Of a DNA stretch of 64,000 bases, positions 19,250-29,193 are shown in pieces; within the stretch, counting starts at the first letter, position 1, and each line of letters opens with the position of its first letter. The position numbers and the translations under genes were made by a program. This stretch comes from Bacilli bacterium (GTDB lineage: Bacteria > Bacillota_I > Bacilli_A > RF39 > UBA660), in assembly GCA_017432665.1 (NCBI GenBank), contig JAFRIS010000014.1, positions 4,383 through 68,382 of the forward strand, in the 5' to 3' direction. Below the pieces are notes generated by a model that ran no database searches, was not told where the DNA came from, and worked only from the letters and a program-made list of their open reading frames with translations.

Positions 19250-20152
19250 ATGTATTTAACAGAGTTATTTATTATAGCCGCTTTTGTTCTTGCTATTTAC
19301 TTATATCGTAATTATAAAGGTGAACATGTTGGGAAGTATATAGTAGGGCAAGTTCAAGGTATGTATGACAGATTTTCTCCATATTCTTTTAAAGTAGTTC
19401 GTGAAAAGACTAAGCAATTAGGACAAGAATATACACCTAGACAATATACTATCCAAGTTACTTTATTTGCATCATTTGCAGCAGTAGTAACATACTTATA
19501 TTTTTATAATTTAATAATAAGTATAATTTATGCCTTAATTGCAGTATCATTTGTACCTTATATAACATATTTAAGATGTAAAAAAGTATATTCAGAATTC
19601 TTATTTGAGCAAGTTCAAGTATATACATCAAATACTATTATGGAATTTGCTACTACACAATCATTTGTTAAAGCCCTTGAAGGTGTTGCTAATTCTGGAG
19701 TATTAGAAGATCCAGTACTTAGCGACGTTAGACAAATGATTACAATGAGTTATGATAATGGTACTATTGATGAAGCATTAGAATATATGAGTAAATTATA
19801 TCCTTACTATATAGTTAAGAATATGCACCAATTATTCTTACAAATTACTAAAGAGGGTGCTCAAAACTCTGCTGATTCATTAGAAAATATGCAATTAGAT
19901 ATTGATATGCTTGTAGAGAGCGTTTATCGTGATAGAATTGAAAGATCTTCTTTCCACAAGAACTTCTTAACATTTGGTATTACGTTATACTTGATGGTTA
20001 TGTTAGTTCAATACTTACTAGGAAGAGAAACTTATTTAGTATTGTTAGAGCGATGGTATATTCAGTTATTAATGCATGGTGTTTTAATAATAAATACTTA
20101 TTTCCTTTTAAAAGGAGAAAAATATTATAATGAGAATGTAGGTGCTGAATAA
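19250..20152 (+). CDS. tadB: TadB-like pilus assembly inner-membrane protein (T2SS F domain)
   Basis: 300 aa with N-terminal and C-terminal TM segments around a cytoplasmic domain. It directly follows tadA. Confidence 0.65.
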   Translation: MYLTELFIIAAFVLAIYLYRNYKGEHVGKYIVGQVQGMYDRFSPYSFKVVREKTKQLGQEYTPRQYTIQVTLFASFAAVVTYLYFYNLIISIIYALIAVSFVPYITYLRCKKVYSEFLFEQVQVYTSNTIMEFATTQSFVKALEGVANSGVLEDPVLSDVRQMITMSYDNGTIDEALEYMSKLYPYYIVKNMHQLFLQITKEGAQNSADSLENMQLDIDMLVESVYRDRIERSSFHKNFLTFGITLYLMVMLVQYLLGRETYLVLLERWYIQLLMHGVLIINTYFLLKGEKYYNENVGAE

Positions 20153-20955
20153 TGGAGATATTAGTAGTAGGAGCAATTATTTTATTTATCTTAGTTTATA
20201 ATAATACAATTGATAAAGATAAATTCTTTGCTGATAATCAAAAGTACCTAGAAGCTCTAAAAGAAGATGATTATCAATTCTTAGTATATGCTAGATATGG
20301 TGAAGATGTAGATATTAATCAACTATATTCAAAAAGAGTCTCTACAGCATTTATTGCTTTCTTGGTTGTATTAGTATTAACTATATCTAACAATAGTTCA
20401 TATGAAATAATCAATTCACAATTTTTCTTAAACTTAGTGTTGGCTTTAGTAGTAGCAGCAGGAGCTTTTAAATTACCTTATATACAATTAAAAGGTTATT
20501 ATAAGCAACATTTACATGAAATAGATGTAATGCTACCATACTATTTAAAGAGTTTGGAAATCTTAATTCAACACTATACTGTACCGGTTGCTATTGGTAA
20601 GTCAATAGGGGATGCCCCAGATATCTTTAGACCAGGATTAAGAAGAATGATTGATAGAATAAATTCTGGAGATGCAACAGTAGATCCATATATGGAATTT
20701 GCTAATACATATCCAGTTAGAGACTCAATGCGAATGATGCGACTTTTATATCGTTTAGGTATTGGTTCTCAAGAAAGAAAACAAGAAAGACTTATGATGT
20801 TTTCTAGAACAGTGTCAAGTTTACAGAACAAAGCCAGAGAAACAAAGTATAAAGAAAGACTTAATCATATGGAAAGTCAAACTATGATAATGCTTGTTGT
20901 AACTGGTGCTGGAGTTATGGTTATAATCTTAATTTCAATGATGATGATGTTCTAA
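20152..20955 (+). CDS. tadC: TadC-like pilus assembly inner-membrane protein (T2SS F domain)
   Basis: 267 aa with the same architecture. Its start codon overlaps the tadB stop (TAATG). Confidence 0.65.
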   Translation: MEILVVGAIILFILVYNNTIDKDKFFADNQKYLEALKEDDYQFLVYARYGEDVDINQLYSKRVSTAFIAFLVVLVLTISNNSSYEIINSQFFLNLVLALVVAAGAFKLPYIQLKGYYKQHLHEIDVMLPYYLKSLEILIQHYTVPVAIGKSIGDAPDIFRPGLRRMIDRINSGDATVDPYMEFANTYPVRDSMRMMRLLYRLGIGSQERKQERLMMFSRTVSSLQNKARETKYKERLNHMESQTMIMLVVTGAGVMVIILISMMMMF

Positions 20956-21044
20956 TATGTAAAAAATCACATTAAAAAGTTGTTTAAAAATAATAGTTTT
21001 GATATAATTAATATAGATAGATTGTAGAAAGGATGGGATAATTA

Positions 21045-21212
21045 ATGAAAGCAGCTACAGGAGAATTAAACTTAACTGTAATTACTTTGATTGCAATTGG
21101 AGCAGTAATAGCATTCTTTTGGTTTATGTGGCCAAGTATTAAAAACAGTATTGCTGGACAATGGAATGATGCCTCAGGAAATACTCGTACTAGACATAGT
21201 TCTACTAACTAA
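21045..21212 (+). CDS. Flp/Fap-type pilin, 55 aa (not in the ORF track)
   Basis: Protein MKAATG-ELNLTVITLIAIGAVIAFFWFMW... with a short leader ending in Gly followed by a hydrophobic helix. RBS AAAGGATGGG lies 7 nt upstream. Position between tadC and the tadE-like genes. Confidence 0.55.
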   Translation: MKAATGELNLTVITLIAIGAVIAFFWFMWPSIKNSIAGQWNDASGNTRTRHSSTN

Positions 21213-21234
21213 TTAATTAAGGGGTGAATGTTAA

Positions 21235-21690
21235 ATGCAAGAGGCTTTTGGCGGACTTTTAAATATATTTATTATCGTAATGTTTATTATAATTGTTGAA
21301 GGAATACTTGCATTTACCGTTAGCTATACTAAAGCCTTTAGGATGAAAAATTATGTCATATCTGTCATAGAACAATATGAAGGGTCCGGATGCTTTTGTG
21401 ATGGAGGGACTGCGTGCAAAGATAAGATATATCAACATGCAGATCAAATTCATTATAAACCAACGGCATTACAATGTCATAACGGAGCTAAATCTGTTGA
21501 TGGTTTATTTTGTGTTAGTACTACTGGAAGTGCTCCAGAAGGTATGAATAGTAGCACTAATAAGTATTATAGAATTGTAACTCAAGTTGATATTAATATT
21601 CCAATTATAAATAACATAATGGGGCTTGAGTTTTTTCAAGTGTCTGGAGATACAAGACTTATAAATTTGCAATCCGCAGGAGATTGCTAA
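21235..21690 (+). CDS. TadE-like pseudopilin
   Basis: Prepilin-like N-terminus MQEAFGG-LLNIFIIVMFIIIV. It is a paralog of the next gene. Confidence 0.55.
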   Translation: MQEAFGGLLNIFIIVMFIIIVEGILAFTVSYTKAFRMKNYVISVIEQYEGSGCFCDGGTACKDKIYQHADQIHYKPTALQCHNGAKSVDGLFCVSTTGSAPEGMNSSTNKYYRIVTQVDINIPIINNIMGLEFFQVSGDTRLINLQSAGDC

Positions 21691-21712
21691 TAAGCATTTA
21701 AGAGGTGATTAG

Positions 21713-22234
21713 ATGAGAGACGCTTTCGGTGGTGCGATAAACATTTATATTATAGTAGTGTTCATTGTTTTTGCTTTGGGATATATGGCTTTTAATGTTA
21801 ATTATACTAAGGCGTTTCGTATGAAAGACAAAATTATCTCCGTATATGAAAAATATAAAGGAGATTGTGATTCGGCTCATTGTGAACAAGAAATTATAGA
21901 TTATGCTGATCAAATAGGATATCAACCAGATATTATCGATTGTTTATCAGGAGAATCATTACGACCAAGTCGTGATAAGCTATATTGCGTAAAAGGTGTA
22001 AGAATAGCAAGGGGTAATCCAAAACCTGGACAAGTAGATGATATGGAAACTAAGTGTTATTATCATATTGTAACTAGAATAAATATTTCAATTCCAATTA
22101 TTGAAGCTATTTTTAGAACGCCTGGTACTGATGAAAATGGTAATCGTGTTGATGGTGCTACAAGAATTGAAGCATTTTATGTATCAGGGGATACTAAAAC
22201 AATAACACTTTCAAAGGATAAAAAAACTTGTTAA
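21713..22234 (+). CDS. TadE/TadF-like pseudopilin
   Basis: Prepilin-like N-terminus MRDAFGG-AINIYIIVVFIVFA and the shared NYTKAFRMK motif. Confidence 0.55.
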   Translation: MRDAFGGAINIYIIVVFIVFALGYMAFNVNYTKAFRMKDKIISVYEKYKGDCDSAHCEQEIIDYADQIGYQPDIIDCLSGESLRPSRDKLYCVKGVRIARGNPKPGQVDDMETKCYYHIVTRINISIPIIEAIFRTPGTDENGNRVDGATRIEAFYVSGDTKTITLSKDKKTC

Positions 22235-22265
22235 TGACAAAGAGAATAAATAGAGGTCGATAATA

Positions 22266-23345
22266 ATGAATGTAATCATAGCGAATGAACAACAAAATCA
22301 ATTGGCTAATTTAGACATAGATATCATTAAGAGTATTAATGGTGTTTTTGCCGTCTCAGAAATTATTGATAATTTTAAAAATTTTTTCTATAGCAAAATG
22401 ATTTTAGATGTTACCGCTATTAAGGATTACACAGATGTTAAGACATATGATACTTTAATTAAAGGTTTAGAAGCAGATAAACTTATCTTTCTATTACCTG
22501 AAGGTAGTACTTTATGTACACCTAGGTTTTTAAGTCAATTAATAAAAATAGGTATTTATAACTTTACTACTAATTTGAATGGTATAAAGGTTTTGGTAAA
22601 AAAATCTAATACATTGAAAGATGTGGAAAGCATTTTAAAAATGGCTGAGCCAAAACCAGAAGTTAATGCTTCGGAAAATGTAAATAATAGTGTAAATGAA
22701 AACGTCAATAATAATATTGATATAGAGAACACTCCAGTTCCAAGTGCACCTCAAGATATTGCTCCAAAAGCTGATGGAACAACGGTCATTGGGTTTAAAG
22801 GAGTAACTGAAAGTGCGGGTGTCACGACATTTATTTACATGTTAAAAAAAGAACTAATTATGACTTATGGTTCAGAAAAAGTATTAGCTATTGAAATAGG
22901 AAAAACTGATTTTTCTTTGTTCAATGATCCAAATATGATAAGTAGTGAAGAAACAAGAATAAAAGAAGATTTAGCTCGTAATTCTGATAAAAATATTATT
23001 CTTGTTGATTTAAATAATTGTCATGATACTAGTTTCTGTAATGATATAGTTTATTTGCTAGAACCTAGTACGATTAAATTAAACAAATTAGTTAGAAATA
23101 ACAAAATTATTTTTAGTAAATTAGTTGATCAAAAAGTTGTTTTAAATAAAAGCTTATTATTAACTAGTGATATATCTGATTTTGAAAAAGAATCAGGATT
23201 AAAGGTATTTTATAATATGCCACCGTTAGATGAAAGAAAGAAAAATGAAATTATTACGGATTTTTTAGTTCGTTTAGGATTACTTAACGGTAGTACAAAA
23301 AATGATAGTGCTTCAGGCAAGATATTTGGCTTGTTTAGGCGCTGA
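22266..23345 (+). CDS. TadZ/CpaE-like protein with a degenerate P-loop
   Basis: 359 aa. The N-terminal domain is followed by a MinD/ParA-like region in which Walker A is degenerate (KGVTESAGVTT instead of KGGVGKTT). Confidence 0.4.
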   Translation: MNVIIANEQQNQLANLDIDIIKSINGVFAVSEIIDNFKNFFYSKMILDVTAIKDYTDVKTYDTLIKGLEADKLIFLLPEGSTLCTPRFLSQLIKIGIYNFTTNLNGIKVLVKKSNTLKDVESILKMAEPKPEVNASENVNNSVNENVNNNIDIENTPVPSAPQDIAPKADGTTVIGFKGVTESAGVTTFIYMLKKELIMTYGSEKVLAIEIGKTDFSLFNDPNMISSEETRIKEDLARNSDKNIILVDLNNCHDTSFCNDIVYLLEPSTIKLNKLVRNNKIIFSKLVDQKVVLNKSLLLTSDISDFEKESGLKVFYNMPPLDERKKNEIITDFLVRLGLLNGSTKNDSASGKIFGLFRR

Positions 23346-23399
23346 TTTGTTTGACAAAACAATTTATTGATATTATAATGTTGGAAAGGAGATGTATTT

Positions 23400-23705
23400 A
23401 TGAATGATGCTTGTTGGGGATTATTACCAATCGTAAGAGTTATAGTTGCTGCAATGAAAGTAGTTACAATTGTTATTCCAATTGCTTTGATTGTTTTTGG
23501 TACTATTGATTTAGGAAAGGCAGTTATTGCCAGTGAAGAAAAAGAAGTAAAGGCTGCACAAAAGAGATTAATTCAAAGATTTATTTATGCTGCACTTGTA
23601 TTCTTCGTACCAACTTTAGTTTATTTTGCAATGAACCTAGTTGCTAAAGGTGAAGGCGAAGGGGATACTAATAGTTGGCGTGGTTGCTGGAACGCTGCAA
23701 AATAA
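23400..23705 (+). CDS. VirB2/TrbC-like 2-TM hairpin protein, 101 aa
   Basis: Two hydrophobic helices separated by a charged loop and ending in CWNAAK. It is homologous to the N-termini of the hydrolase paralogs at 1288 and 2922. Confidence 0.5.
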   Translation: MNDACWGLLPIVRVIVAAMKVVTIVIPIALIVFGTIDLGKAVIASEEKEVKAAQKRLIQRFIYAALVFFVPTLVYFAMNLVAKGEGEGDTNSWRGCWNAAK

Positions 23706-23800
23706 CAAAAAAATGTATGTAAAGAATAGTAATTTCATTGCTATTTTTTTTATGTAATGATATACTTAATATGATATATTATATACATTGGAGTGGTAAT

Positions 23801-24253
23801 ATGAAAAAGAGTTTCTTAATAGTTTTAATCATAATGGTAACTGTATCATTTTTTACTCCTGTAAATGTAATTGCATTAAGTAGTAATAATGAGAAACACA
23901 TATTAGCCAATACTCAAAAGGCTAATTCAAATGTTTCTGTTGATGGATATGATCAAGAACAAAATTGTAGTTCATTGCTAGGTGATCCTACTGATGAAAA
24001 TTCTGTTGCTTGGTTAATTCAAAAACTTTTAAATTATGTTCAAATAATTGGACCATTACTTGTAGTTATTTTAAGTAGTATTGAATTTGCTCAAGTTATT
24101 ATTAAAAGTGATGATGAAGCAATGGCAAAAGCTACTAAGAAATTAACAACTAGATTAATCTTAGCAGCAAGTTTGTTTTTCTTACCAATTATAGTATCAG
24201 CATTATTAAATGTTTTTGGTTTAACAACTGACCCTACATGCGGGCTTAGATAG
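23801..24253 (+). CDS. TrbC/VirB2-like pilin-type protein with a signal peptide
   Basis: ATG at 23801 follows a GGAGTGG RBS. Signal peptide MKKSFLIVLIIMVTVSFF. The mature part has two hydrophobic helices separated by a KSDDEAMAKATKK loop. Confidence 0.5.
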   Translation: MKKSFLIVLIIMVTVSFFTPVNVIALSSNNEKHILANTQKANSNVSVDGYDQEQNCSSLLGDPTDENSVAWLIQKLLNYVQIIGPLLVVILSSIEFAQVIIKSDDEAMAKATKKLTTRLILAASLFFLPIIVSALLNVFGLTTDPTCGLR

Positions 24254-24267
24254 AGAGGTGGAAGTTA

Positions 24268-26496
24268 GTGTTTTCTGAAACAGATTTAAGACCTCAAAGC
24301 ACCTTGCGAGATATGGGTAGAACACTATTTTCAAGTATTGATAAAGCTATCTATGGTTTATTAGGTATTTCTTATCAACTTTTCTTTAGTGTGGCATCTG
24401 CGGATATTTTTAGTACAGGTGTTATAGTTAACTTTTTCCAAAGAATCCAAGTGATCATTGGAATTTTTGTGTTGTTTCAATTAGCTATGACTGTCCTAAA
24501 AGGAATTGTTGATCCTGATAGTTTTACAGATTCTAAGAATGGGGCAGCTAACTTATTCAAAAGAATTGCTACTGCTCTAGTTATGCTAGCGATGGTTGTA
24601 CCTATTAATATTCCTTCTGCTAGTAATGAGTATGAAAAACAAATTAATAATAATGGTCTTTTATTCGGAACATTATATTCATTACAATATAGAATTTTAA
24701 ATAATAATACTATTGGAAAAGTAGTAATGGGTGTTAAAGACAATTCAGAAAGTAGTAATGAATTAGTAGGAATGAATGATGATAACTTTAAGCATTCTTC
24801 TGATATCTTTGTTTCTACGGTATTAAAAGGATTTTATAGAATCAACTTAATTCCAGCAGAGGATAGAAAAGAAAAGAATACTAACGGAAAAGAAGATGAT
24901 CAAATCAGAGCTTATAGAGTTTGTAAAGATATTGATCAAAAGATAATTGATGAGTATAAAAAAGTGGATTCTGATCCAGGTAAAATTATAGATGTTGTAA
25001 ATGTTACTTGTAGTGCAGATCCAGCTTTAACAGGTAAAAGTTTAATAAGTTCAATTGGTGAAAAACTTTATGCCTTTACATACATGCCAGTTGTTTCATT
25101 GATAATGGGTGGTATATTCGTAGTTATTTTACTAGGATTCTGTGTAGAGGTAGCAATTCGTGCTATTAAATTAGCAATACTTCGTTTATTGGCACCAATT
25201 CCAATTATTAGTTATATGGATCCAAAAGGTTCAAAAGATAGTTCTTTTGATGCTTGGGTAAAGGCAGTGACTTCTACATATTTAGATTTATTTATTAGAA
25301 TAGCATCTGTTTATTTTGTAATATATATGATTCAACAAATGTTAGCAAATGGTATTTCTACTAACAGTACAGGAGTATTAAAAACATTCACAGTATTATT
25401 TATCTGGATAGGTTTATTCTATTTTGCTAAAGAAGCTCCTAAGTTTATTAAACAAGTATTAGGAATGAAAGAAGATACAGGAGGCTTATTCAGTGGAGTT
25501 GGAAAACTTCTTGGCATAGGTGCAGCTGGTGCTGGAGTAGTTAGTGGTGCTATTTCATCAGGAGTTGCTTATGGTGGCAAAGGAGTTGGAGGAGTTGCAA
25601 AAGGTATTGGTGCAGGAGCTCTCGGCGCTATTGGTGGAGGTTTCAATGCTGGTAAAACTTTATGGAAACAAGACAAACCTAATGCTGGAGCCGTAATGGC
25701 AGCTAATAGAGCAAGGGCAACAAAGACTTATGCAAATGCTGCTGATGAATCCACTCCTTGGGGTAGATTTGTTGCAGGAGCCCAAAATAATCTTGGACTT
25801 AAAAATAAATATGATAAAATGGAAGAACAAATTAAGTACTATGGAGCTTCAAAAGATGCATTGTCTCGAATAACTAATGCTTTTGATAGCAATGGTGATT
25901 ATAAAGTTCAAGCTAATGATGACTTCTTTGCTAAGTTGTTAGAGACTGGTTCTAAAAAAGGTCATGATTATAAAATAACAGCTAAAGGATTAGAGGATAG
26001 AGATGGTCAATTAGTATTAGCTAGAGGACAAAGTTACAGTTTAAAAGATTTGAACGATAGAAATAATATGTTCTCATCATCAACAGACGGTGTTATGAAA
26101 GATGCTTTGGACGAAGCTAAGAAACAAGCTCAAAGTATGAGATTTGAAGATCTTAAAGAATTTGCTGATACACCTAAAGGTCGTGAACAACTTGTTCAAA
26201 AGATTCAAGAGTCTGCACTTAACGGAACAAATGAATGGACTCAAAATGATCTTATTGCTTACGATGCGGCAACAACTATTTACCATGTTGGTACGAAGTA
26301 TTCTGATGAGCCATTCTTTGCGGACTTCAAAGGAAAAAGCTTTGATGATAGATCTGAACACGGTATTAAATTTGGACATTATAAGAAAGGTGCTAGTAAT
26401 GCAGGTAGATCTGCTGAGCAAATTAAAAATAGTCCAGGGTACTTTGAAGCTAAAGCAAATGCTGCTAGAGCTGAAGAAAGTAATAAGAGTAAGTAG
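24268..26496 (+). CDS. VirB6/TrbL-like polytopic T4SS channel protein (TcpH/PrgH-like) with a Gly-rich cytoplasmic C-terminal domain
   Basis: 742 aa with 6 or more TM helices. The position between the VirB2-like and VirB3/VirB4 genes supports the call. GTG start. Confidence 0.55.
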   Translation: MFSETDLRPQSTLRDMGRTLFSSIDKAIYGLLGISYQLFFSVASADIFSTGVIVNFFQRIQVIIGIFVLFQLAMTVLKGIVDPDSFTDSKNGAANLFKRIATALVMLAMVVPINIPSASNEYEKQINNNGLLFGTLYSLQYRILNNNTIGKVVMGVKDNSESSNELVGMNDDNFKHSSDIFVSTVLKGFYRINLIPAEDRKEKNTNGKEDDQIRAYRVCKDIDQKIIDEYKKVDSDPGKIIDVVNVTCSADPALTGKSLISSIGEKLYAFTYMPVVSLIMGGIFVVILLGFCVEVAIRAIKLAILRLLAPIPIISYMDPKGSKDSSFDAWVKAVTSTYLDLFIRIASVYFVIYMIQQMLANGISTNSTGVLKTFTVLFIWIGLFYFAKEAPKFIKQVLGMKEDTGGLFSGVGKLLGIGAAGAGVVSGAISSGVAYGGKGVGGVAKGIGAGALGAIGGGFNAGKTLWKQDKPNAGAVMAANRARATKTYANAADESTPWGRFVAGAQNNLGLKNKYDKMEEQIKYYGASKDALSRITNAFDSNGDYKVQANDDFFAKLLETGSKKGHDYKITAKGLEDRDGQLVLARGQSYSLKDLNDRNNMFSSSTDGVMKDALDEAKKQAQSMRFEDLKEFADTPKGREQLVQKIQESALNGTNEWTQNDLIAYDAATTIYHVGTKYSDEPFFADFKGKSFDDRSEHGIKFGHYKKGASNAGRSAEQIKNSPGYFEAKANAARAEESNKSK

Positions 26497-26513
26497 AGGG
26501 AGTGTGATAATGA

Positions 26514-26837
26514 ATGTATGATCAATATTTGATACCTGCTAATACTAAACGAGGGCGTTTAATATTAGGCTGGTTTAGACCATTTGATTTAGCATTATTT
26601 GGTACTGGAATACTGATTTCACTTATCATGCTTGCTTTCTTACAGTTTGATGATATTGTATCAGTAATTGTTGGATTAGCACCTGCATTGATTACTGGGT
26701 TTTTGGTCATGCCGGTTCCTAATTACCATAATATGTTGAATATAATAATGGAAGCATATGAATTTTTGACTAATCGTCAAAGATATGAATGGAAAGGTTG
26801 GTGTTATAAAAGTGTCAGCAAAAAAACAAAGCGGTAA
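26514..26837 (+). CDS. PrgI/VirB3-like small 2-TM protein
   Basis: 107 aa with two TM helices. It sits immediately upstream of and overlapping VirB4, the canonical VirB3 position. Confidence 0.55.
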   Translation: MYDQYLIPANTKRGRLILGWFRPFDLALFGTGILISLIMLAFLQFDDIVSVIVGLAPALITGFLVMPVPNYHNMLNIIMEAYEFLTNRQRYEWKGWCYKSVSKKTKR

Positions 26838-27375
26838 TACTAGTAGTAGATTTACTGAAGACTGGTTACCAGTAAGAGCTATTCAAAATAATATGATTAT
26901 TACTAAAAATAATTATAAAGTTGGTGGAGTAAAGATTTCTCCTCGTAATATATTTATTTTGGACCCTGATACTCAAAATAATATTTTGATAGGACTTAGA
27001 AATTTTTATAACACAATAGATTATGAATTCTGGTTAATAGTAGCAGATAGACCAGTTGATATATCTGTTTATATGTCACAAATGCAATTGCTACTTAATG
27101 AAACTAATTCACCAGCAATTCGTAAATTAATTATGCAAGATATTGAAAAGGGTGAAACATTCATCCGTAACAATATAGTTGATACAGAATACTACTTTAT
27201 GTTTAGGAGTAAAAATGTTGATGAATTGCAAAAGAGGATTCGTCAAATGATTAATGGACTTGCGACTTGTGGTCTTAATGCTTCTATGATTAGTAATTCT
27301 GATTTAAGATTAGTTCTAGAGAACTTCTTGAATGGTGGTAATACTACCGAGTTTGGAACGGTGATGCCTCTATGA
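26785..27375 (+). CDS. VirB4-family N-terminal domain encoded as a separate ORF (split or frameshifted VirB4)
   Basis: 196 aa resembling the N-terminal domain of Tn916 Orf16/TcpF-type VirB4. It ends in an ATGA overlap with the ATPase ORF. The true start is uncertain (GTG at 26812 is possible). Confidence 0.55.
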   Translation: MNGKVGVIKVSAKKQSGNTSSRFTEDWLPVRAIQNNMIITKNNYKVGGVKISPRNIFILDPDTQNNILIGLRNFYNTIDYEFWLIVADRPVDISVYMSQMQLLLNETNSPAIRKLIMQDIEKGETFIRNNIVDTEYYFMFRSKNVDELQKRIRQMINGLATCGLNASMISNSDLRLVLENFLNGGNTTEFGTVMPL

Positions 27376-29171
27376 GTACAAGTTTAAGAGGACAATTAGC
27401 TCCTAAAGGATTACATTTTAATCATAGTGACTTTGTTATTAGTGATAAATATGCAACTATTTTAACAGTTGTTTCTTATCCTAAATACATTATGCCAGGA
27501 TATTTATCAACACTTACTAATATGTCAGGTATTAAAGTAGTTGTTAAACATATCCCAGTTCCTTGGGGAGATATGGCAAAGATGTTAAATAAGCAAGTTG
27601 CTGAATTAAAAGAAAGATATCAAAATGAAAAAGACCAAACTGTTCGTGAAAGAATTAGACAAGATGCTGAAAGTTTGGAATACTTTACTTCTATGTTAGC
27701 AGGATCACAAGCTAGAATATTTGATTTTCAAATGCATATTATGATTACTGCTGATACTAAAGAAGAATTAGAATTAAAGAAATTGAATGTTAAGAATTAC
27801 CTTGATTCAATGGAATTAAGAGCTATTTCACTTCGTTTTGAACAAGAGAAAGTATTAAAATCAATTCTTCCAATATTCCCAGATAGGGATACTCAAGAAT
27901 TAGAATCAAGAATTGGTACTCCGATTCCTTCAGTTACTATCGCAGCAATGTATCCATTTATCTTCGATAGTATTAAAGATCCAGGATTATCTACATTACT
28001 TGGAGTAGATTTCTCTGGAGGAGTAATTCTATTCAATCAATTCTTATATAAAGTTCGTAAGGAAACTAATAGAAATAATGCTAATATGATTATTCTAGGT
28101 ACTTCTGGTTCTGGTAAATCTACTGCAGCTAAGTTGTTACTTAGAACTCATATTCGTAATGGATGTCAAATAGTTATAATCGATCCAGAAGATGAGTTTA
28201 GAGAATTAACTCGTACTTATGGAGGAGATAGTGTTGATATTGGAAAAGGTGGAGAATTTGGACTTATTAATCCCCTTGAAATAGTTATTGATGCTGATGA
28301 AGAAGAAATTAAACAAGGTTTAGGTTATACAGTTTTAACTAGGACTTTGCAATTCTTAAAAGCATTTATGAAGTATTATGATCCTTCTATAGAAGAAGCT
28401 GTACTTACTATGTTTTCTGAAATAGTACAAGATACTTATAGGAGATTTGGTATAGACTTTACAACTGACTTTTCTAGGTATACATCAGAGGATTATCCGA
28501 CATTTAGTGATGTATACGCAACTATTAAAGGAAGACTTATGTCTATGACTGAACAAACTCAAGAAAGAGAAATTATGGAAAAACTTGAGTTAAAAGTAAG
28601 ACCTATTGTTAATGAATTGAAATTTTACTTTGATGGTCATACTACTATTAGTAAAGGTAGTGACTTCATGGTATTTAATATTAAAGAGTTAATGAATAGT
28701 GATTCTACTATTAAGAATGCTTTGTTCTTCAGTGTTTTAAAATATGCTTGGGGTCTATGCTTAGACTTCAATGTTGATACAGTCTTAATGGTTGATGAGG
28801 CTCATGTTTTGTTAGGTGATAATAATGCACTTGGTGCTGACTTCTTAGCCCAAGTTCAAAGACGTGCTCGTAAATATAATACTGGTACAGTTATTATTAC
28901 ACAGCAACCTAGTGATTTCTCAGATCCAGCTGTTATTACACAAGGTAAAGCAATCTTTGATAACTCTTCTTATTACTTAGTAATGGGTCTTAAAAAGCAA
29001 GCTGTCGAAGATTTGTCATTACTTATTGATTTAAATGAAAGTGAGAAAGAAAGCATTAAACATTATTCTCAAGGTGAAGCATTATTCGTATGTGGTCACC
29101 GTCGTATGAGAATAAATGTAGCTGTTACGCAAGAAGAATTGGATTCCTTTGGAAGTGGAGGAGGATTCTAG
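27372..29171 (+). CDS. VirB4-family T4SS ATPase (TcpF/PrgJ/Orf16-like), C-terminal ATPase part
   Basis: Walker A GTSGSGKST and Walker B LMVDEAHVLL. 599 aa. Confidence 0.85.
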   Translation: MSTSLRGQLAPKGLHFNHSDFVISDKYATILTVVSYPKYIMPGYLSTLTNMSGIKVVVKHIPVPWGDMAKMLNKQVAELKERYQNEKDQTVRERIRQDAESLEYFTSMLAGSQARIFDFQMHIMITADTKEELELKKLNVKNYLDSMELRAISLRFEQEKVLKSILPIFPDRDTQELESRIGTPIPSVTIAAMYPFIFDSIKDPGLSTLLGVDFSGGVILFNQFLYKVRKETNRNNANMIILGTSGSGKSTAAKLLLRTHIRNGCQIVIIDPEDEFRELTRTYGGDSVDIGKGGEFGLINPLEIVIDADEEEIKQGLGYTVLTRTLQFLKAFMKYYDPSIEEAVLTMFSEIVQDTYRRFGIDFTTDFSRYTSEDYPTFSDVYATIKGRLMSMTEQTQEREIMEKLELKVRPIVNELKFYFDGHTTISKGSDFMVFNIKELMNSDSTIKNALFFSVLKYAWGLCLDFNVDTVLMVDEAHVLLGDNNALGADFLAQVQRRARKYNTGTVIITQQPSDFSDPAVITQGKAIFDNSSYYLVMGLKKQAVEDLSLLIDLNESEKESIKHYSQGEALFVCGHRRMRINVAVTQEELDSFGSGGGF

Positions 29172-29193
29172 AAAATAGTTAGGTGGTGATGTT

